IMG/VR virus record: IMGVR_UViG_3300042864_000556
Strand: one strand, 5' to 3'
Length of the DNA stretch: 64,000 nucleotides
DNA from: an uncultured virus (IMG/VR IMGVR_UViG_3300042864_000556)
Lineage: Duplodnaviria > Heunggongvirae > Uroviricota > Caudoviricetes
Shown piece by piece: positions 38,298 through 50,400 of the stretch (position 1 is its first letter; every line of letters begins with the position of its first letter). A program made the position numbers and the translations under genes. The notes below the pieces were generated by a model. The model was given only the letters and a program-made list of their open reading frames with translations, made no database searches and had not been told where the DNA came from.

Positions 38298-38621
38298 CTA
38301 TTCACTTAACAACGACACAACTTCCTTGTTTAACTTATCCAAAAACGCTTCGTTATCATCAGTACCCGCAAACAATGCGTCTACTCTCTTTGCATAAATA
38401 AACGCTAACTCGGCTATTCTTCGTGCCTTAAACAATTCATTCTGAACTTCTAATGGGTAAGTATAATATTCTGTGCTTATCCCTTCAATGTTTACATATT
38501 GCTTGGGTACTTCTTCTCCTTGTGCGTCTAAGACAATAGATATATGCTCTATGATGTCCATTAACTGATTGTATTGTATTATCTTTCCATTCATAATTAA
38601 AACGGCATTGGGAGTTCCCAA
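38298..38621 (-). CDS. Hypothetical protein
   Basis: ORF in minus block. Confidence 0.5.
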   Translation of the reverse strand: MGTPNAVLIMNGKIIQYNQLMDIIEHISIVLDAQGEEVPKQYVNIEGISTEYYTYPLEVQNELFKARRIAELAFIYAKRVDALFAGTDDNEAFLDKLNKEVVSLLSE

Positions 38622-38793
38622 TTAACTTTAGGGTTTAACTTTTCAATAACTAAGTCCTCAGTACAGTCTAAGTAGTTTATCACGCCATTGTGATAGTCTA
38701 CGTTAATAATACACAACGGTACTGGGATTCCATTCTCTTTCATACCTACAAGGCTGTAAGTAGTGCAGATATACATTGGTGTTAGCTTATCTC

Positions 38794-39159
38794 TCATCTT
38801 CTGAACTGTGGCTTTATAAGTATAACTTTGTAGAACAATAAAAACGTACAAGCAAATATAGTAGCTAATATGCAAGCATCCGCAACAGAAGTGTAACAAG
38901 GTTCGTAACTAACTATTGCTAAGGCAAAAAACATTATCATCCACCACTTAAAGAAGTGCCACGCATCAAACCAAGATAGCAATTGCCAATACCACTTAAT
39001 AGGTTTGTTAGGGTCATTGTCTACATACTTAGCTTTCCAATCGGTACTTAACCACCATTTAGATTTCTTTGGTAGGATAGATATATGCATCTTATCCCGT
39101 ATAGCATCCATTACTCCGTTACAAGCACCTGCTAATATAATAAATATTGTTGTTATCAT
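38794..39159 (-). CDS. Membrane protein
   Basis: Several hydrophobic segments, DAWHFFK motif. Confidence 0.6.
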   Translation of the reverse strand: MITTIFIILAGACNGVMDAIRDKMHISILPKKSKWWLSTDWKAKYVDNDPNKPIKWYWQLLSWFDAWHFFKWWMIMFFALAIVSYEPCYTSVADACILATIFACTFLLFYKVILIKPQFRR

Positions 39160-39727
39160 TGTTTTAGTTTTTAAAGTTCGCTGCCTTGAATATCCTTACT
39201 TGGTGTTGTTTGGTCTTTGCTTGCTTGTCTTAGCCTTGCATTCTTAGCTATTACCTTCATAGCCTTAATATAGAGCTTGGCTCTTTCTCTGCGCTGTTTT
39301 CTATTCATGGTCTAAAAGATTATATACAAACAAAATACCACCGTTATCTGTTACCGAATAGCTACTTAACCCGAACAAGTGTCCGTCATGTGATACGGTC
39401 TTTGTGGTGAAATTAACCATTACAGTTTTGCTGCCTGATTTAAACCAACCGATTTCTTGTGTCGGGTGATTAGTTAGGTTGCCTGTTACTTCTATTTTTA
39501 ACTTATCCATTGTGTTTAATTATTTGAGTACAATCGTTTTGTTCTGCGCCATAACCATACTGCATTAAAGGCAAGTATAAAACTTCATTATCATTTGATT
39601 GGTGGGGTTTTAAAAACTCCGCTTCATATGCTAAGAACCTTTTACAAGCCTTTCTTTGCACGCACTTCTTACCATTAGGTAGTTCGGCTTTGCATCGTGC
39701 AGTATCGTTATAGAGCATACTCATATT

Positions 39728-40051
39728 TTAAAATGGTAAATCATCAGTAGGTTCTTGACTATTAGCACTTTGTGATGTGCCTTTTGGCAATTCAACATCA
39801 ACACCTTTAATGTCTGAATACCATTTACCTTGATACTCTCTGCTTTCAGCTTTCACGCTAAACTCTACTTCAACGTCTTTCGGGCATGACTTTATCTTGT
39901 CAGCTAATTCATTCCAAAACTGCACCGCTAATTTTCTAGGGTACTTTTCGTTAGTTTCTAATAAGGCTGTTTGAATTTGCCACTCGCCTTTAGCACCTTG
40001 ACCGCTTTTGTTTTCTAACAACTCTACTAACTTTGCTTTTACTTTTTCCAT
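39728..40051 (-). CDS. DUF3127-type single-stranded DNA-binding protein
   Basis: SGQGAKGEW, ESREYQGKWY, C-terminal DDLPF. Confidence 0.85.
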   Translation of the reverse strand: MEKVKAKLVELLENKSGQGAKGEWQIQTALLETNEKYPRKLAVQFWNELADKIKSCPKDVEVEFSVKAESREYQGKWYSDIKGVDVELPKGTSQSANSQEPTDDLPF

Positions 40052-40122
40052 GATTTTTTTGTTTTATTTATTTATCGTTACAAATGTAATACATTTTTTA
40101 GTTAATGCAAGTTAAATTTTGT

Positions 40123-40455
40123 TTAATCTTTTACCAAATAAACATCCGTACTTGACAATGATGCTCCAACCTTAAAAGAATGTCCGTTACTCCAAAAATG
40201 AATTGCACCGCTTGGGTGGTACATATCATTTCTAAAGTTGTAGTCAGTTGGCGTTGGTATCTTCCAACAAATATCATCACAAGCAGCAGCTATTTCTATT
40301 GGGTTTTTTGCAGCATCTAATCCAATAATATACATTAACGCCCAACCGCTATCGTGTTTTTTACCACTACTTATTACAAGTATGCTTTTATAGGTTTTTA
40401 CATTATCCCAATCTCTTATTGGTAGTTCACGCAATTCTTTAATTTTTAGTTTCAT
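40123..40455 (-). CDS. Hypothetical protein
   Basis: HDSGW motif ORF. Confidence 0.6.
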   Translation of the reverse strand: MKLKIKELRELPIRDWDNVKTYKSILVISSGKKHDSGWALMYIIGLDAAKNPIEIAAACDDICWKIPTPTDYNFRNDMYHPSGAIHFWSNGHSFKVGASLSSTDVYLVKD

Positions 40456-40487
40456 ATTTTGTTTAATTTAAAATTCATGCAATGTTA

Positions 40488-41300
40488 TTATAGTGATGTT
40501 CTCTTTTTAAATAGGTACTTATGTATATTATCATCGTGAATCCATTTTTGTGTTTCCGTACATTGCCACCATTTATCGCTAACCTTTTTTATTGTATCAG
40601 GAGGTAACGCTGCACTATTTTTGTTTTTTAGATTTTCAATAACATGATTAGTTCTAGTGTAATGCTTTGCTTTTGGTGGAGTATGGTTTGTTTTAACTTC
40701 TGAGTTTTTAATATCATACTTCACGCCATACTTCATAACAAAGTCGGAAAACCTATAATTATATCTAAACCATTCTCTGTTTTCCCTAAAGTCTGAAAAG
40801 CAATTATGCATAGTTGATTCAAGAAATCCTTTATTCTCAATTACATACACATTAAAAATGCCTTGCAATCCAGTTTTTATTGTACTCATTCTTTCTTCTA
40901 TATCTTTAGACTTGCCTATCTTTACAAAAGCCCCATGAAATAAAAAGTACAAATGTTCTTCTGATGTTTTTTCTTTGTTGTTATTTAAATGATAATCCTC
41001 TGCGTGAGTTTCACAAGCATCTAATGCTCTTTTAAATTGGCTAAATTTAGGTTTTTTATCATTAGGCATAAGAACTTCAACACCGTTTTGTGTTATGTAG
41101 TTTTGTACAAACCCAATAAGTGCATCTTGGTTATCTTTAAATTGATGATACTCTCTTGTGTTTATTACATACACGGTTGTTCCATTTTTATAAATATCAA
41201 TTACCTTATTTATTCTTACACCGTGTTGCATTTTAAATATCACCTTTACGTTTGTCAGTATGTTAAGGATTTCTTCTACTGTTTTGTGCTTGTCATTCAT
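40488..41300 (-). CDS. GIY-YIG/T5orf172-like domain protein
   Basis: LYF...VKIGKSKDIEERM..IKTG...E..MH..F...EWF. Confidence 0.7.
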   Translation of the reverse strand: MNDKHKTVEEILNILTNVKVIFKMQHGVRINKVIDIYKNGTTVYVINTREYHQFKDNQDALIGFVQNYITQNGVEVLMPNDKKPKFSQFKRALDACETHAEDYHLNNNKEKTSEEHLYFLFHGAFVKIGKSKDIEERMSTIKTGLQGIFNVYVIENKGFLESTMHNCFSDFRENREWFRYNYRFSDFVMKYGVKYDIKNSEVKTNHTPPKAKHYTRTNHVIENLKNKNSAALPPDTIKKVSDKWWQCTETQKWIHDDNIHKYLFKKRTSL

Positions 41301-41896
41301 ATTATATTAATTAGTGTTTATATATATTGCTTAGAGATAGACCTGAAAACTAACTGCATACTGAGGTTTCCGCATTAACACCTGTTTAATGCGTTGTTAT
41401 CCCGTCAATTGCTATTGCTCGTCAATGAGCCCTCAACCGAACTGTCCTAACTGATACACACAAGTCGTTAAGATTGGATTCTACTGATACAAGTTGTGTC
41501 TTGCATGATGTCTTACGGCTAAATCCTTAATACTACCGTTTCGCTTCGCATCATTCCCCTAGTAGCGATTTAAGATATATAGCTAATGTCTAAGTCCCGT
41601 CCTACATATCCGAGTTGATGAAGTGTTATGTGCTGTTTACTTTTAGGTTATAAGCATAAAAAAACCCTCAAGGGGAAAACGGCTCGAAGGTTTTTATGAA
41701 AAGTCCTTTTGTTAAGGAATATTTTTATAGTGCCATTGATACGTTTTCCCCACATCAACGCAACAAAGTAAATATTTTATTTTCAACTATGCAAGAACTT
41801 TTTTATTTTTTTTATTTTATATTGCGATATGCGATTTAAACAATACCCCCTCACGTTGTCGCAAGGGGGCTGTCTTTGTCCTAAATACATCTATAC

Positions 41897-42076
41897 CTAA
41901 ATACTAAAGCCGTAGTGTTTGCCGAGAATCTCATTAATAACCTTGTTAGGTCTAATGTTTCTTTTGTCCGCTTCTTCAAATATCTTATCTTTCAAACCTA
42001 AAGTCTTTTTTATTTCTCTAAAACATACTTGTTCACCTACGGGTCTTTTGTTTTTCCTATCCACAATTGAAAGCAT
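41897..42076 (-). CDS. Putative ribbon-helix-helix regulator (59 aa, possibly leaderless)
   Basis: Hand-translated ...QVCFRE...LKDKIFEEADKRNIRPNKVINEILGKHY; ATG 7 nt after TACATTTG. Confidence 0.5.
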   Translation of the reverse strand: MLSIVDRKNKRPVGEQVCFREIKKTLGLKDKIFEEADKRNIRPNKVINEILGKHYGFSI

Positions 42077-42170
42077 TACGCTACAAATGTAATACTAAAT
42101 TTTAAATTGTCAAGATATTTTTTTTGTTTATGTATATTTTTTAGTACATTTGTCAATTAAATAAAATACG

Positions 42171-42953
42171 ATGGAATTTTTACAAGCGGTATTCGGATTT
42201 TTGATAGACGTAGTAACGTATAACGATAGCACAGTAATAAAAGCAGACCCATTAACGGGCATGGCAATAGCAGGAGTAGGATTAGGTGGATTGCAGAAGT
42301 TGTTTGGATATGGCGATGCTAAGAATAACGAAAAGAAAGCATTAAGGGAGTTAGCTAAAATACAAGCACAGCCGTTGGCGCAATACAAACAATCTCAAGG
42401 AATGAGAGAGTTGGGGCAAATAGGGGCAAATGAATATTACAACCCACAAGGATATACACAAGGTGAAACAGACGCAGCTATGCAAGATATTGCAAGGGCT
42501 TCAAACACAGCATATCAAAGAGGTATTAACTTAGGTGGCGGACAAATGAGCCGTTCAATACAAGGATTAAACACAGCTAATACATTGTCTGCATTAAATA
42601 GGTTTGGTAGTCAAGGTGCTGCATTGAGAAGACAAATGCAAGGTAGGGGATTAGGTACGTTGAGAACTACTGCAATGAATGAGCAGCAATTGGATAATCA
42701 GAATGTAGGCACAAGTTTACAGAGAAGACTAATGGGCGAACAAGCTGCGGGAAGGGCTGTAATGCAGCAAAGAGATTTAGCACAAGGAACACTAAACGCA
42801 TTAGGTTCGGACTTATTGGGTATGGGTGCTACATTAGGCATGGGTAAATTGGGGATGTTGGGTGACAGCAATACTAATACAAGAACAGGGTATATGGCAT
42901 ATAGAAAACCAAGAGGGGCAGGAAATCCAAGCGCATTTTTATTTGAAGACTAA
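42171..42953 (+). CDS. Putative internal virion/ejection protein
   Basis: DPLTGMAIAG, G/Q/A-rich helical. Confidence 0.6.
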   Translation: MEFLQAVFGFLIDVVTYNDSTVIKADPLTGMAIAGVGLGGLQKLFGYGDAKNNEKKALRELAKIQAQPLAQYKQSQGMRELGQIGANEYYNPQGYTQGETDAAMQDIARASNTAYQRGINLGGGQMSRSIQGLNTANTLSALNRFGSQGAALRRQMQGRGLGTLRTTAMNEQQLDNQNVGTSLQRRLMGEQAAGRAVMQQRDLAQGTLNALGSDLLGMGATLGMGKLGMLGDSNTNTRTGYMAYRKPRGAGNPSAFLFED

Positions 42954-44464
42954 TGGCAGAAGTAACAGACATAGGAACAGCAATATCATTAGGCACTAAC
43001 TTACAGCCTGATAGAACACAACCATTAACAAGGGCTTCTAACCAATGGTTAGCTAATCAGATGCGCCAAGATGCGCTAAAGGCTAAACAGCAAGAAAAGA
43101 TGGATGCTAAAAAGCAAACAATCTATTCAGGATTAACAGGTTGGGGGAGCGAGTTTGAAGACCTAAATGAAAGGTCAAAAGTATTAGCCACAGATGTTAT
43201 TGTTAACAAAGCGGATGCTTATGAGAAAAATGATATAGCTAGGATGGCTCAAATAGACAGCGACTATCAAAGAAATCAACAAGAACTAAACGCATTAGCA
43301 GCACAGCGTAGAACAGAATTAAAATCGGTTGGCGGTACGCCCGCAGAAGGAATAAAGAATGCTATTTATACAAACACTGTTCCTGATTTTATAAACAAAA
43401 ACCTAGACTACGCTAATTATTTTGAAGGTACAGATAGGGGTGCAGTGTTGGTTAATCCGCCTAAAAAAGTAGACACGGGTAAAATGTTAACTGCCGTAGT
43501 AAAAGGTGATGCTGCGTTTATGCCTTTAGAGGTTCAAGGTTCATGGCAACAATTATTTTCTAATACATACCGAAATCAAGGTGCGTTAAAGCCTGAAACA
43601 ATAAGTGTAATATCGGAAGACCTTGTAAAGAATGGGCAGTTTTTAGAATCCTATTACATGGAGAATAGGAATACGCTAAAACCATTGTTTGATAAAAGGG
43701 TTACTGAAATAGCAGCCGAAAACCCAAATGCGAATATTGGGCAAATAGTATTAGCAGCAAAACAAGACATAGCAAGAGAATCGGTAAAGAGAGAACTAAA
43801 CAATAGGAACAATATAGCAATGAGGGCGAGCAAGCCACAGTCTATTAGCGTTACAGTAAATGGTGCAACTAATCAAGTTTCTCCTTTAAACCCACAAAAC
43901 TTGCTCGGTGCTGATATGACAGGAATAATTACCAATCCTGATATAGCAAGTGTATTAGAAGAATCGGGTGGGTTTAGTAGCGAAATGTTAAAAGGCACAA
44001 AGCTAGGTACACTTAATTGGGAAGACGGTGCTATTAGAATACCATTAGACGCAAACAAACAAGTTGCAAACGTAAGAACATTAAAAGGAACTAACGAACA
44101 ACTAATCGTACAGCCGTATGATATTATATTTGCAAAAGACGCAACGGGTAAAGAACATTCATTTGTGTTACTAAAAACATCAACGGGGTTAGCATCGGGA
44201 GTACAAAGAAATATGATAGTTCCGTTAGAGGGTAACATGGCTATGCTGTCTACATTAATGAAAGATAAAAACCACAAAAACGCACAAATATTTAAAAGGG
44301 TATTAGAAGAAGCGGTAGAAGGGCAGTACAAAGTGCCTGACGCAAAAACAATAACGATAAATAAAAAAACAGGGCAAGTTGGTAGTGGTGAAACACAAAC
44401 ACCTAAAAGTGGGGCTAAGACGACACCAAAAGTAGTAACGGGAAAAACAGACAATAAATTATAA
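42953..44464 (+). CDS. Putative internal virion/ejection protein
   Basis: Coupled; precedes giant protein. Confidence 0.55.
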   Translation: MAEVTDIGTAISLGTNLQPDRTQPLTRASNQWLANQMRQDALKAKQQEKMDAKKQTIYSGLTGWGSEFEDLNERSKVLATDVIVNKADAYEKNDIARMAQIDSDYQRNQQELNALAAQRRTELKSVGGTPAEGIKNAIYTNTVPDFINKNLDYANYFEGTDRGAVLVNPPKKVDTGKMLTAVVKGDAAFMPLEVQGSWQQLFSNTYRNQGALKPETISVISEDLVKNGQFLESYYMENRNTLKPLFDKRVTEIAAENPNANIGQIVLAAKQDIARESVKRELNNRNNIAMRASKPQSISVTVNGATNQVSPLNPQNLLGADMTGIITNPDIASVLEESGGFSSEMLKGTKLGTLNWEDGAIRIPLDANKQVANVRTLKGTNEQLIVQPYDIIFAKDATGKEHSFVLLKTSTGLASGVQRNMIVPLEGNMAMLSTLMKDKNHKNAQIFKRVLEEAVEGQYKVPDAKTITINKKTGQVGSGETQTPKSGAKTTPKVVTGKTDNKL

Positions 44465-44465
44465 T

Positions 44466-47400
44466 ATGCCTGAATTTAAAGAGTTAGTCAAGAATCTTTA
44501 CACCTCTAAAAACAGAGAGTTAACAGATGATAAGTTAAGTTATATAGAAAGTAATTACAAAGGGAAAGAAGAAGATTTTGTAAAAAACTTTTATGCAACT
44601 ATTGGTGAAGAATTAACTGAGGAAAAGTTTAACTACATAAGGGACACATATTTAAAAAAAAACGAAACGCAGTTGCCGAAGCAATCAAAGCTACCATCAA
44701 AGCAGCCATTACCAAAGGGTACAGATTCGTTCTCTGGTGTATGGACTCCATCCCAACCATCAAAATCAGCATCAGGGTTGGGGGGTTCTACTTTAAAACA
44801 GGGTACACCAAATCTATTTAAAGGAGTAGGCGAAAAAATGGGTGGAGATGTTTTGTCTACACCACAGCCAATACAAACAGAAGAACTTGTAAGAGAAGAC
44901 ATAGCCAAAGCAGATAAGTCTTATTACAAAAACAAAACCAAAGAAGAAGCTATAAGCAGAGGGTATGAAACACCCGAAGAATTGCTTGCTGATAGAATGA
45001 CCTATTTAACAGACGGTTATTTAACCGACTTAGACCAAAACGAATACGCACTAATAGAAGCGTTTAGAGATGCAAAGAAAAGAGGCTCACCCGATGCTGA
45101 TAAAATATTTTCAGAATATCTTGATGTAAGGTCAAAACAAAGGGAAGAATTTTTGCCAATCCAAAGAGAAATTGACAGTACAAGGGAATACTTGGAAAAT
45201 ATGAACAAGAACGGATTGCTTGCGGAAGGTGTTTATGATAAAGAAATAAATAAATTAGAAGAAAAGCAAAAGCTAATAGACAACGCATTTAAGCCCGTTT
45301 ACAACCCTCAAAAAGCAATGAACGCATTTGTATCAGAAAATGCAAATGAAATAGCTAAGGTGTCAGAAAAAGGGCAATCGGCACACCAAATGTTAGGAGA
45401 ATATATTAACGCACTATACACCGAGAAGTTAGAAATGCAAAAGGCTTTAGGGCTAGATGATGACAAGGGTGCGTTTTCAAAAGGTTTTGAAGAATGGCTG
45501 CTAAGGACAAAAGACAATATAGGCGTAGCCCCAATGGGCGAAAGGTATAACTTAGACAAACTATACAACCTTGATTTAAAACTAAGGTCGGCAGTAAAGC
45601 TATACACGTTAAATAGGTCGGGGGTTCAACCCGAAAGTACAGAAAGTGTATTTGCTAAAACATTTGCACAAACATTTGTACCATCGGTTCAAAACAACAT
45701 TCCAACGGTACAGCAAATAGCAGAAAATGTAAATAGTGTAATTGAAGAATCGGGCATAGTAGACGCTGTGTATAAGGAAAGAGATAAAGAAATAAAAGAA
45801 AGCGCACAACCGTATGAGTTCTTATCGCCTAAATGGATGGCACAAAACACAGCCCCCTCATTAGCGATAATGTTAGAATTTATACCTGCTTCTGCGTTGT
45901 CTGCAACTGCACTAAGCAAGTTTGATTTAGGCAGAAAGATAATGTTATTGTCCGAAGCCAATAAAACTAACTTAGGTGGAAGGTATTTAAACAAGATAGC
46001 CACAACAAGAGTTGGTAAGGGGTTGGTTCAATCGTTGTCAAAAGGTGCGGAATATGGTGTGCAAAGCAGTGTGTTATCTACCATGTTTCCCGAACAACAA
46101 GACGAGATGAATTTTGTATCGGGCGTATTGGCGGGTGCGGGTGGTTCGTTGGCAACAAAAGGTGCTAAGTCATTATTAAACCCGACAGTTGCTTCTGTAT
46201 CAAAGATATTTGGGAAAGCAACACCGCAAGCAGCAAACATAATAAAGGAGTATGGTTCAAGACTAACAAGCAATATAAGCGAAAAAGCGGTTGGCGAACT
46301 AACAGAAGAAACAATAGAAAACCTTACATCATTGTATAGGAGTACAGAAAACTATCAAGAGTTTAAAACAAAAGTGATAGAACAGTTTGGTTCTTTAGAT
46401 AAAGCAACCGAATATGTAACGTCTGTATTAATAATGGGATTGGGGATGGGGGCGGGTAGCGAGTTGGGTAAGTCAATGGTAAGGAAGGGCGAGTCGGCAT
46501 ACCAAACTTTAACAACCGAACAAAAGGCTAAGGTAGATGAAATACTTAACGAAGTAACAAGCGAAGAAGAAAAACTACAAAACGATTTAGTAAACGAAGA
46601 ATTAAAAAATGCAGGAACAAGTACAATTGAGCAACCTATCGAGGGAGGAACTATACAACCTATTACAACACCACAAGCAGATAGTGGAACAATTGAAGAA
46701 GGAGTTACGCAAGCGAATTTACAAACAGAAATAGATGAGAAAGCGCAGACAGAGGAAGCGGAAGTTAGTGTACTCGACAGCGATACCGCACTACCAACAG
46801 ACGGTGTTACCGAAGGAGAAGCCACAACTGTTCAAGTAGAAAACGTTCCCCTTACAAATGAGGGAAACAAATTAGAAACGCCCGTAAGCAAAGGCGTTGA
46901 GGTGTCTGAAAATGTTGCGTTAAGAGATGTGGAAAATGCAAGTACAGTAGATAATACAATAGCAGCAGATTATTTAACAACAGGGGGAATTAATACTGTA
47001 ATAAGTACAGATTATTTATTAAAAGGTATAGCGGGATTTTTTAGCAATGCTAACAGCTTAATAGATAATATAAGAAATAAATATGCTAAAGAATTAGCTG
47101 ATAAAAATTTAGTAGATATTAAAAATTTTGTAGGTACAGATACTTACAATAAAATAATTTCTGAAATTAAAGAAGCACTTGATAAAACTTATAACAATAA
47201 TATAGAAGTACAAAAAATATTTGATGAAATATTAAAATTTCCAACAGGGATGCCACAAAGAGTTGGACTTGCATTAGAATCAAGACATGAAAAAGCAGTA
47301 GAAGAACTATTAACCAACAAACAAGGACAAAGTGTCCAACCTACAACAACACCTGCACTAAGCGAACAAGAAACTGAACCCCTTCCCGTTGAGCAAACGG

Positions 47401-50400
47401 GAACTGACGTTGGGGGCGTAACAGCCCCTAACGTTTCACCTTTAGAAGTTGAAGCTGCTACCGAACAAGAAACAGCAGACGTTGCTAAGAAGTCGGGCAT
47501 ATCACCTAAGAACCTAAAAGACCTATACAACGCAAACAGACAGCTATTCGGATTAAGCAAAGTAAAGTCTTTAGCAAGTGCAATAGCAATGGATAGAATG
47601 ATAGGTGCAATGGCTAAACGTGCAGGGGTTACTAAAGCAGAAATGTATGGAAGGTTGGAATTTGAGAAAGCGGCAGATGTTTCTGAAATCCCATTTGGCA
47701 TACAAAATATGCTAAAATTTCAAGCGGCTATGCACGGAAGTCCGTATGTTTTCCCAAAAGAAATACTTGTTGAATATAATGATGGGACTAAAGAGTATTT
47801 AGTCGGCACAGAAACAGAATTCCCTAAAGTGCCAAATGCCGCGAAGGTTATTAAAAAGTTCCCTAATGGTAGATTTAGGCTTGACAAAATAGGCACGGGC
47901 GAAGGCGCACAAGCATTTGGCTGGGGATTGTATTTTACTGACATAGAAAGTATAGCTAGGAATTATGCGGATAAACTTGCAAAGGGGGTTTCTACGCAAA
48001 ACTATTTACATAGTTTTTTATTATATAACTTTGGTGTTCGTGCTAATGTTAGGATGGCAGAATACATAGACGGTGACTTGTCTTCTGGTGGTTTTGAAAG
48101 AATTTTTATAGACCCAAAATATTTTAATCACGACATCTATGGTGATTTTTATGAAAATAAAAATATAAACAATCACTTAAACAACATAAAAGAAAACTTA
48201 GGTAAAATAGGCGATGTTTCATCAATAAAATACGATTCAAAAAGTGAGCAAATTATAATAAGATTTAAGCCAAAAACGAATAAGAACCTCTACAAAGTAT
48301 CTCTCCATAAAGGCAAAAGCCCAAGTGAATACACTTGGTTGGAGTGGGATAAGGAAGTCCCTTTAAGTATTGGGCAAAAGATTGAGGATTTAATAATTCA
48401 AAAATACAATCTAAATTATGCAGATAGCATTGAAGAATACGAAAAAGGATATTATGAAGAACCAACAGAAGATTCACCCGATGATTTTATATTAAAAAAT
48501 AAGTATGATGGTGTAAAAGGAGATTTAGCTAAGTTCTATTCGGGTGCAAAAGGAAAGGATGTGTATGATTCACTTGCTGAATCATTTAGAAGTGGTAAAC
48601 TTTCTCAAGAAGAAGAAGCGTATAAATTAGCCTATGAAGAAAGGGATGCGAATCTTGATAAGAAGGCTTCGTTGCTTTTGTTAGAAGCTGGCATTGACGG
48701 TATAAAATACCCCGCAGAAAGTATTGCGAGGGGCGCAACCTCCGACACAGCGAGGGGTAGCAATTACGTTGTTTTTGATGAGAACGCTGTTAGCATAGAA
48801 GAAGTTATCAAGTTCCAAAGGGATGCCGAAAAGGCGAGGGGGGCTGCTATGGTTAATATGGATGGCACAGCCGTTATATACGCATTAACAGACCCTAACG
48901 TATCTACACCTTTACACGAACTTGCTCACGTTTTTGAACACTACCTATCAGATACAGAAAAGAATACCATAATTAAAAACGCAGGCACAAAGGGATGGAC
49001 AACCGAAACAAGTGAATACTTTGCAAGGGGGTTTGAGAAATACCTTGCAGAAGGTAAATCGCCAATCGAATCATTAAACAAAGTGTTTGAAAAGTTCAAG
49101 CAATGGCTTACCGATATTTACAACGGCATAACTAATTCAGCAATAGACATTAAGTTGAACAAAGAAATGCGTGGCATTTACGACAAGATGCTTGGGCTTG
49201 AAACCGAAACCGTACAACTAACTCCCGAACAAAAAGAAAAGCACAACAGACAAGCTAAAGACTTAGGATGGGATAACGCACCACAAGCAATAAACAGCAT
49301 AAACAAAAGGTTAGGCACGGATTACAAGTCGTGGGAGTCAATACCTAAACACGTTAAAGAGTATGTTAGTAGCTTTAGAAACGCAGTAGAAAAGCAAAAG
49401 ACAGAATTTAACGTAGCGTTAAAAGCAGCGTATAAATATCTTGACATGGCTGTAAAAGACGGCACTATAACTCGTGACGAAGCGGATAGCCTTGCTAACA
49501 TGGCAGCAAAAAAGGCAACGCCTAAAACAGAAAAGAAAGGCACACTTGCCGAAGCGGTTGGCGCAACAACTGAAATAAACCAAGCCGACCTAAAGAATAA
49601 AAAAATCACCATGCTAAAAGCTATGCGTGAAAAGTTTAATTCTTTTTTTAAGGGGGTGCGTGCGGGTAAGAAAGACGAAAGAACGGTTAGGAAAATAGAA
49701 CAAAGCGTTGCAGCCGAACTTAGAAAAGAAGCTAAAGCATATAGAGATTCTTTGGGTATAAACATGAATAGCGTACCTAACAAGAGTAAGCTATCTATGG
49801 CAGCACGGATGGCAACTATAAGAACCGTTGGTGACTTTATGAGGTTTAAGGAATATGTAGACAACATAGCTAAGAAAGCAGACTTTTACGAAAAGGTATC
49901 GGCAGCAAGAAAGTTGGCTAAGAAAATATCTAAAATTAACCCAAGCAAACTAACCGCAACAGACAAAGAGTTTATTGCTAAGATAGAGTTTTTAGACGCT
50001 AAGTATGTAAGCGACATAGATGAATACGTTAAGATACTTAATGAGTTTTATGACGCTAAAAACAACCCACAGAAGTACGCATCAAAAGATATTAAGACAA
50101 GGCTATCCGAATACTTAGCCAAAGAACAAGAATATGTAGACGGTGTTAAAGAAGCCAAGCGAATAGAAATAGAAGAAGCCCAAGCAGAAGATGATAGGTT
50201 ATTAGCCGAAACAGCAATTGCAAGCGGTACTTATAGCGGTACTATTGATGAGTTTATTGAAGACTTACAATTGTCAAGAAAAGAAACCATAGACTCAAAT
50301 GCAGAAGAACAAGAAGCCATAGCGGATGCGAGGGATAAAATAAGAGAAGCGAAAGTTAGCGGTGATGAAGTAAACGAAATAGCCGTTAAGGCTTTTTTCA

